45,582 bases of DNA from a virus. Taxonomy: Duplodnaviria > Caudoviricetes. Positions 39,494 through 45,582 of the stretch are shown here, piece by piece. How positions within the stretch are numbered: position 1 is the first letter of the stretch; each line of letters begins with the position of its first letter. Below the pieces are notes generated by a model. That model searched no databases and was not told where the DNA came from. It saw only the letters and a list, made by a program, of their open reading frames with translations. The DNA is taken from the IMG/VR virus record IMGVR_UViG_3300032330_001755, positions 1 through 45,582 of that record; one strand, written 5' to 3'. The position numbers and the translations under genes are program-made.

Positions 39494-41646
39494 ACTACGA
39501 GCAATTTTTAAAAACAAAACAAAAACAACACATTTTATCAGGATTTGAAACAGATGATTTAAATGAGAATTTATTTCCCTTTCAAAGATTTATTGTAAAA
39601 AGAGCATTAAAGGCTGGGAAATATGCAATTTTTGCTGATTGTGGATTAGGTAAAACATTAATGCAATTATCATGGGCTGAACAAGTATTTAAATATACAA
39701 GTAAACCTGTATTAATTTTAGCCCCATTGGCTGTAAAAGGACAAACAATTCAAGAGGGATTGAAGTTTGGTATTGATATGTCTTTAATTGAAGTTAATAA
39801 TTATGACCAATTAGATAATATAGACACTGAAAAATATTCAGGGATTGTATTAGACGAATCAAGTATTTTAAAAAACTTTGAAGGTTCTACAAAAAAATCT
39901 ATAATAGATAAATTTAAACTTACTCCATATAAACTTGCGTGTACAGCAACTCCTTCTCCAAATGACCCTATGGAATTAGGTAATCATTCTGAATTTTTGG
40001 ATGTTATGGGAAGAAATGAAATGCTTGCTATGTATTTTATTCATGATGGAGGGGAAACAGCAAAATGGAGATTAAAAGGTCATGCGGTTGAATTATTTTA
40101 TCAGTTTATTGGTACATGGGCGATAATGCTTAATAAACCACAAGATATAGGATTTGAAATGGATGGATATAATTTACCAAAATTGAATATTGAAGAAAAT
40201 CAAATAAAGACTAAAAAACGAAATAATGGAAGTTTATTTAATGACGCTATAATATCAGCTACTAATTTTAATCAAGAGTTAAGATTAACTAAAATTGAAA
40301 GATTAGATGAAGTGGTAAGATTGGTAAATGAAAAACCTGATGAAAATTTCATTATATGGATTAAACAAAATGAAGAAGGTGAATTATTGAAAAAATTGAT
40401 ACCAGAAGCAATAGAAGTAAAAGGTTCTGATTCTGATAAATGGAAAGAAGATAAACTTATTGGTTTTGCTAATAATGAATTTAGAATATTAATTACAAAA
40501 ACAAAAATAGCTTCTTTTGGGATGAATTATCAAAATTGCAGAAATCAAATATTTGCAAGTTTAGATTTTAGTTTTGAAGGATTATATCAGGCTATTAGAC
40601 GTTCATATAGATTTGGTCAAAAAAACGAAGTAAACATTTATTTAATAACAACAGATACTATGGCTAATGTAAAACAAGCTATAGATACTAAACAAAAACA
40701 ATTTGAAATTATGCAAAATGAAATGAGTAAAGCAATTAATGCAAATCTTAATGGTCAATTAATGGCAATAGCAAATTATGATACAGAAGAAGTTAATAAT
40801 GATTATTATAAAATAAAAAAAGGAGATTGTATTCAGTTAATAAAAGAATTAGAAGACGAATCAATAGGTCTTAGTGTATTTAGTCCTCCATTTGCTGAAT
40901 TATATACATATTCTAATCATTTGGAAGACATGGGAAATTCTAAAGATTATAATGAATTTTTGATACAATTTTCTTTTCTAATAAAAGAATTATATAGAGT
41001 ATTAATGTATGGAAGAAATGTTGCTGTTCATTGTATGGATTTGCCTATTCAAAAAGGAAAAGAAGGCTTTATTGGATTAAGAGATTTTAGTGGTATGATA
41101 TTAAAGGTTTTTGAAGATGCTGGATTTGTTTATGCATCTAGGGTAACTATATGGAAAGACCCTGTTGTTGAAATGCAAAGAACAAAAGCATTAGGATTGC
41201 TTCATAAACAAGTAAAAAAAGATAGCACTATGAGCAGAGTGGGAATACCTGACTATGTAATGATATTTAGAAAAGACGGAGAAAGAAATAATCCAGTAAC
41301 TAATACTGAATTATCAGTTGATTTATGGCAAAAATACGCATCACCTGTATGGATGGATATTAATTATGGTAATACTTTGCAAGGGTATCGTAATGGGAGA
41401 GATGAAAATGATGAAAAACATATATGCCCACTACAGCTTGATACTATTGAAAGATTAATACATTTATATTCAAATAAAGGAGATACTATTTTTACTCCTT
41501 TTATGGGAATAGGGAGTGAAGTTTTTCAGGCTGTAAAAATGGATAGAAAAGGTATAGGTTTTGAACTTAAAGAATCATATTTTGATTTAGCTAAAAAAAA
41601 TCTTTCATCAATTATAGAAACTAAAAAACAAGTTCAATTATTTTAA
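39484..41646 (+). CDS. SNF2-like helicase fused to an N4/N6 DNA methyltransferase
   Basis: CGLGKT, LDESS, TATP and QAIRRSYRFGQ helicase motifs; FSPPF (motif IV), HICPLQ and PFMGIGS (motif I). Confidence 0.85.
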   Translation: MELNYEQFLKTKQKQHILSGFETDDLNENLFPFQRFIVKRALKAGKYAIFADCGLGKTLMQLSWAEQVFKYTSKPVLILAPLAVKGQTIQEGLKFGIDMSLIEVNNYDQLDNIDTEKYSGIVLDESSILKNFEGSTKKSIIDKFKLTPYKLACTATPSPNDPMELGNHSEFLDVMGRNEMLAMYFIHDGGETAKWRLKGHAVELFYQFIGTWAIMLNKPQDIGFEMDGYNLPKLNIEENQIKTKKRNNGSLFNDAIISATNFNQELRLTKIERLDEVVRLVNEKPDENFIIWIKQNEEGELLKKLIPEAIEVKGSDSDKWKEDKLIGFANNEFRILITKTKIASFGMNYQNCRNQIFASLDFSFEGLYQAIRRSYRFGQKNEVNIYLITTDTMANVKQAIDTKQKQFEIMQNEMSKAINANLNGQLMAIANYDTEEVNNDYYKIKKGDCIQLIKELEDESIGLSVFSPPFAELYTYSNHLEDMGNSKDYNEFLIQFSFLIKELYRVLMYGRNVAVHCMDLPIQKGKEGFIGLRDFSGMILKVFEDAGFVYASRVTIWKDPVVEMQRTKALGLLHKQVKKDSTMSRVGIPDYVMIFRKDGERNNPVTNTELSVDLWQKYASPVWMDINYGNTLQGYRNGRDENDEKHICPLQLDTIERLIHLYSNKGDTIFTPFMGIGSEVFQAVKMDRKGIGFELKESYFDLAKKNLSSIIETKKQVQLF

Positions 41647-41648
41647 TT

Positions 41649-42242
41649 ATGAACAGATTTAATTCGACAATAGTACAAAAAAAATGTAAATGTTCTGCTG
41701 ATTGCGATAAGTACCCCACATTAGGTTATAAGGGGTACTTTATTCATCACTTCCCTGGCGAAATAAAAAAACAATACAGAAACCATAAAGCTCAGTTAAG
41801 TAAAATATCAAGAGAACTACATAAGGTATCTAAGGACAAGACCAAGAGTGATTACTTAAAGATTGCTGATATATTGTTTGGGAATTGGATAAAAAAGCGT
41901 GACTCAGATAGTAATAAAAATATTACCTGTATATGTTGTGGTGGAACTTTTAATTTAAAAGATAAGGACACATCTGGTAACTATGTTGTACAGTGTATGC
42001 ACTTTGTTTCACGTGGAACATATTCCCTAAGATTCAATGAAATAAACTGCCACGCTGGATGTTGCCATTGTAATTTAAGTATGCACCTAGAACCAAGTGG
42101 TCTAACATATCAGAGATACAAAAGGTTTCTTGTTGATGCTGTTGGGGAAGAAGAGGTACAGCGAATGGAAGAGCAAAAAAGAGAAATAAATAAAATAACA
42201 GAAGCAGAATTAAAAAATATAATAGAAAAATATAAAAAATGA
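41649..42242 (+). CDS. ninG: NinG/Rap-like recombination nuclease
   Basis: FGNWIKKRD...CICCG...CMHFVSRG...LRFNEINCHAGCCHCN. Confidence 0.75.
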   Translation: MNRFNSTIVQKKCKCSADCDKYPTLGYKGYFIHHFPGEIKKQYRNHKAQLSKISRELHKVSKDKTKSDYLKIADILFGNWIKKRDSDSNKNITCICCGGTFNLKDKDTSGNYVVQCMHFVSRGTYSLRFNEINCHAGCCHCNLSMHLEPSGLTYQRYKRFLVDAVGEEEVQRMEEQKREINKITEAELKNIIEKYKK

Positions 42243-42844
42243 TAACAATAACAAACGAAGATAATATGGAACTAATGGCTCGTTATCCTGATAAATATTT
42301 TGATTTAGCCATTGTTGACCCTCCTTATGGATTAGGTAAAAAAATATATTCAGGTGGAACAAAAGGATGTAAGTTTCATACATTATTTGGAGAAAATAAA
42401 TGGGATGACGAAATACCAAGTGAAGAATATTTTGAACAACTATTTAGAGTAAGTAAAAATCAAATTATATGGGGGGGGAATTATTTTCCACTTTTGCCAA
42501 CAAGATGTTTAATTATTTGGGACAAAATGAAAGGAGATAATAATTTTTCTATGTTTGAACTTGCGTGGACTTCTTTTGATAAACCTTCTAAAATATATAA
42601 AGAGTCATCTATGGGCGAAAGAATACATCCAACTCAAAAACCAATAAATTTATATAAATTTTTAATCGATAAATACGCAAAACAAGGGGATAAAATACTT
42701 GATACTCACTTGGGCTCAGGAAGTATTGCAATAGCTTGCCATGATTATGGATTTGATTTAACAGCTTGTGAATTAGATAAAGAATATTATGATAAAGCAA
42801 TGCAAAGAATAAATAATCATATAATGCAACAAAAGCTATTTTAA
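42239..42844 (+). CDS. N6-adenine DNA methyltransferase (beta class)
   Basis: IVDPPY, WGGNYF, HPTQKP, LDTHLGSGS. Confidence 0.9.
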   Translation: MITITNEDNMELMARYPDKYFDLAIVDPPYGLGKKIYSGGTKGCKFHTLFGENKWDDEIPSEEYFEQLFRVSKNQIIWGGNYFPLLPTRCLIIWDKMKGDNNFSMFELAWTSFDKPSKIYKESSMGERIHPTQKPINLYKFLIDKYAKQGDKILDTHLGSGSIAIACHDYGFDLTACELDKEYYDKAMQRINNHIMQQKLF

Positions 42845-42892
42845 TAATTCCCCAACATAAAAATTAATTATTGAACAATACAAAACTAAAAA

Positions 42893-43360
42893 ATGAAACC
42901 AGAAGAAAAATTTATTAAACAACTAGAAACTTACCTAGATGATGACTTCAATGATTTTACAAAAAACAGAATTATTGGATATTTAAAAGAATATCGTGAC
43001 TCTATTCCATTTGTTGTAATAAAGCCAGAGAAAGAAAAAAAAGAATATCAAAGAATTGAAGACAGAATGAGGGACAGAATGAGAAAGCAGTTTATTACAC
43101 ACGAAGAGTTGATTATAGAAGCAAAAATTTTATGTGAAGAATATGATGTTTCTATAAATGATTTTATTGTAAAAAGAAGCTCAAGGTCAAGAAATAATAT
43201 AGGTGAATTAAGAAAAATATTTTGCAGTATAATTCATGAAAAATATTTATGTAGCAATATGATTTTGTCTGAATTTTTTAACGTACATCATTCTACTATT
43301 TCTCATTATCTGTATGGGAAAACAAGAATATCCAGAACCCCAAAAATTAAAACTAATTGA
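42893..43360 (+). CDS. Protein with a DnaA domain IV-like HTH
   Basis: SRSRNNIGELRKIFC...ILSEFFNVHHSTISH resembles the DnaA C-terminal R..R....R...DH(S/T)TV signature. Confidence 0.6.
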   Translation: MKPEEKFIKQLETYLDDDFNDFTKNRIIGYLKEYRDSIPFVVIKPEKEKKEYQRIEDRMRDRMRKQFITHEELIIEAKILCEEYDVSINDFIVKRSSRSRNNIGELRKIFCSIIHEKYLCSNMILSEFFNVHHSTISHYLYGKTRISRTPKIKTN

Positions 43361-43458
43361 AAAAAATAATAAAAGAAGCCATTGATATAATTTTAGGATT
43401 ACTAATAATTGTAACAATAGTAATAATAGTGTTTTATTTTATTTGCATAAATTATTAA
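43357..43458 (+). CDS. Small single-pass membrane peptide (33 aa, TTG start)
   Basis: MKKIIKEAIDIILGLLIIVTIVIIVFYFICINY*, overlapping the previous stop. Confidence 0.4.
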   Translation: MKKIIKEAIDIILGLLIIVTIVIIVFYFICINY

Positions 43459-43469
43459 TTCCCATACAC

Positions 43470-44882
43470 ATGAACGTATTAAGCCTTTTTGACGGAATGT
43501 CTTGTGGTCAACAAGCATTAGAAAGAGCAGGATTTAAAATAGATAATTATTTTGCATCAGAAATAGATAAGTATGCAATTCAGGTAACTATGGCTAATTA
43601 TCCAAAAACAATACAACTTGGTTCTGTTGTAGATATAGATGGGTGTGAATTACCTAAGATTGATTTATTGATTGGAGGAAGCCCTTGTCAATCATTTTCT
43701 TTTGCTGGGAAACGCAAAGGAATGTCTACAAAAGATGAACAAGAAATACTAACATTATCACATTATTTAGAATTAAAAAAAGAAGGGTACGAATTTGAGG
43801 GTCAGTCTTATTTATTTTGGGAATACATGAGGCTGCTAAATGAAACTAAGCCTAAATATTTTTTACTTGAAAATGTAATGATGGGCGAAAAATGGGAAAA
43901 AATATTAAGCAAGGCAATAGGAGTAAACCCAATTGAAATAAACTCGTCTTTAGTATCTGCTCAGAATCGCAGAAGATTATATTGGACTAATATTGGTATG
44001 CAAGCTGTTGGACTTTTTGGAGATATGGAGTCTATTATTAAACAGCCAAAAGATAAAGGTATTTTATTAAAAGATATTTTACAAGATAACCCTAATGCAA
44101 AATATTATTTAAGTGTCCAACAGGTTGATAAGGTATTGGGTAGGACGGGTGTTGACCCATCAATTGATGAACCAAAGATATTGGATGTATACAACAAAAA
44201 AATAAAGGAAGATGGTAAGCCTATAACGCTTACAGACCCTTGCCACAACAACTTGCGTTTAATAGAGCCAATAGTAGGTCAGGCAGGATATGAGAAGGGG
44301 TTTAAAGAAAACGATAAGGCTTCTACATTGTTGCAAAGAGATTATAAGGGCATGAATAATTATGGCATAAACGTGGTGTTGACACCTATGCCTGTAGATG
44401 AAAAGTATTATTTGAGCGATAAAATGATTGCTGGATTTGAAAAGCACAAGGAAAGGCATACAGAAAAAGGGACAGGTTTTAAGTGGAAGCCAAAGGATGG
44501 TAGTGAGAAGGGAAATGCACTAAGGGCAAACGCTGCACTATGTCCTACAGACAATTCAATAAAGGAAGTAAAGCAAGTCAATCAGACCAACCTTAAAAGT
44601 AATGGGGGGACACAATTATACCAACAAGATAGAATTTATGATATAGATGGAATAAGTCCTGCACTTTCAGCAGGTAAAAGTGATTTATTGATTAAAAAAC
44701 AACAGATACTTACATCAAGGATTAGAAGGCTTACCCCAATTGAATGTGAAAGATTGCAGACTGTTTCTGATAATTATACTAATCATGTTTCCGACAGCCA
44801 AAGATATAAAATGCTAGGCAATGGGTGGACGGTAGATGTTATATCGCATATATTTTCTTATTTAGATTTTCCCAAACAATAA
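43470..44882 (+). CDS. C5-cytosine DNA methyltransferase with a long variable region (ORF track start 43443; likely start ATG 43470)
   Basis: VLSLFDGM (I), GGSPCQ (IV), LENV (VI), QNRRR (VIII), RRLTPIECERLQ (IX), LGNG (X). Confidence 0.9.
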   Translation: MNVLSLFDGMSCGQQALERAGFKIDNYFASEIDKYAIQVTMANYPKTIQLGSVVDIDGCELPKIDLLIGGSPCQSFSFAGKRKGMSTKDEQEILTLSHYLELKKEGYEFEGQSYLFWEYMRLLNETKPKYFLLENVMMGEKWEKILSKAIGVNPIEINSSLVSAQNRRRLYWTNIGMQAVGLFGDMESIIKQPKDKGILLKDILQDNPNAKYYLSVQQVDKVLGRTGVDPSIDEPKILDVYNKKIKEDGKPITLTDPCHNNLRLIEPIVGQAGYEKGFKENDKASTLLQRDYKGMNNYGINVVLTPMPVDEKYYLSDKMIAGFEKHKERHTEKGTGFKWKPKDGSEKGNALRANAALCPTDNSIKEVKQVNQTNLKSNGGTQLYQQDRIYDIDGISPALSAGKSDLLIKKQQILTSRIRRLTPIECERLQTVSDNYTNHVSDSQRYKMLGNGWTVDVISHIFSYLDFPKQ

Positions 44883-44892
44883 AAAACAAAAA

Positions 44893-45246
44893 ATGAAAGA
44901 ACATTTTCAAGACAGCACATTCTCCTTAATCAAAGCATTGCACCATACAAAAATAGCAATGGATTATTTTGATGATGTTGCAAAGGGATATGAATATGGA
45001 GCAAAGCAAATAATGCTTAATTATTCATCAAAGTGTAAATGGATTTTAGATAACATAAGACACAGGCTTCCACAAGAAGCTGTAAATGAAATTGATTCTG
45101 ACATAAGAGATGCCTTATTCTTGGATGCAATAGAAGATAAGGTTATTCACTTCAGTAATTCCCAAAAAGAAACGCTAGAGAATATAATTGATTTAATGGC
45201 TAAGGGGGAATTGATAGAAATAACAGATAACATAAACCCCCAATAA
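44893..45246 (+). CDS. Hypothetical protein
   Basis: 117 aa, A-rich leader, last gene before a terminator. Confidence 0.6.
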   Translation: MKEHFQDSTFSLIKALHHTKIAMDYFDDVAKGYEYGAKQIMLNYSSKCKWILDNIRHRLPQEAVNEIDSDIRDALFLDAIEDKVIHFSNSQKETLENIIDLMAKGELIEITDNINPQ

Positions 45247-45264
45247 AAGGGGGTTTGTGTTTTT
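45230..45264 (+). terminator. Intrinsic terminator ending the right-arm operon
   Basis: ACATAAACCCCC-AATAAAA-GGGGGTTTGTGT stem followed by TTTT. Confidence 0.75.
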
Positions 45265-45362
45265 CATAGGTAAACTATTGTTTATCGTATTTTTTGGCAT
45301 ATAGCCAAATCTTTGTCAATACAACTGATATTATAAGCGAAACTATCATTTTCATTTCAATG

Positions 45363-45370
45363 CAAATATA
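45363..45370 (-). promoter_or_regulatory. Leftward Bacteroidetes -7 box (TATATTTG) ahead of a possible 26-aa hydrophobic ORF (45355-45275)
   Basis: TAnnTTTG match; ORF MKMIVSLIISVVLTKIWLYAKKYDKQ*. Confidence 0.4.
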
Positions 45371-45582
45371 AAAATATTTTTTGAAAAATAAAATATTCCT
45401 TCATTTCCCCCAACAAAAACCCACTACTATATATAAACATAGATAAACACTCCCAGCACTTCCCCCACATAAAAAACCTACTTAAGCTAAATACATTAGC
45501 AACAACATACTAATAATATTAGCATGGTTCAAATTTCCTCAGCGCCTGTTTGCCTGTCAACAATTCCCTAACATTAGCAAAC

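Larger units (their letters stand above)
1354..45573. repeat. Dispersed 10-bp motif TGTNNGGGAA / TTCCCNNACA (at least 57 exact copies)
   Basis: Counted by eye: 31 copies on + and 26 on -; coordinates are listed in the first finding. Confidence 0.9.

Noticed and set aside
1354-45573. Motif as a CRISPR array, promoter, Chi site or peptide-level repeat (LPKQ)
   Set aside because: Spacing is irregular, both orientations occur within the same genes, most copies are intragenic and several reading frames are used.
1-45582. Stop-codon reassignment as in some crAss-like phages
   Set aside because: Standard-code ORFs tile the window densely and intact, and TAG/TGA end genes at sensible positions (e.g. 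portal, muzzle).
1-45582. tRNA, rRNA, integrase or lysis genes
   Set aside because: None recognisable in this window, so lifestyle cannot be determined.

Overview
This window is an AT-rich segment of a Bacteroidetes-infecting podophage with a crAss-like structural module. The left ~34 kb is read on the minus strand. In transcription order it holds an HTH-like protein, two GroES-like genes, three ring/tail-tubular proteins, a 1400-aa tail stabilization (muzzle) protein with a Fib_succ_major insert, a GNAT-like protein and two putative ejection proteins. These are followed by a 3162-aa polyvalent virion protein, ferritin, putative TerS, an HNH endonuclease, TerL, portal, scaffold, major capsid protein and further structural genes. 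The right ~11 kb is read on the plus strand and covers replication and modification: HNH, replication initiator, primase-helicase, SNF2-methyltransferase fusion, NinG, N6-MTase, a DnaA domain IV-like protein and a C5-MTase. The most striking unexplained signal is the 10-bp motif TGTNNGGGAA / TTCCCNNACA. I counted 57 exact copies by eye, against roughly 1 expected from base composition. It lies on both strands, in several reading frames and between genes, forms inverted pairs, and borders domain modules inside the giant protein. All protein calls come from motif recognition and gene order, not database searches.
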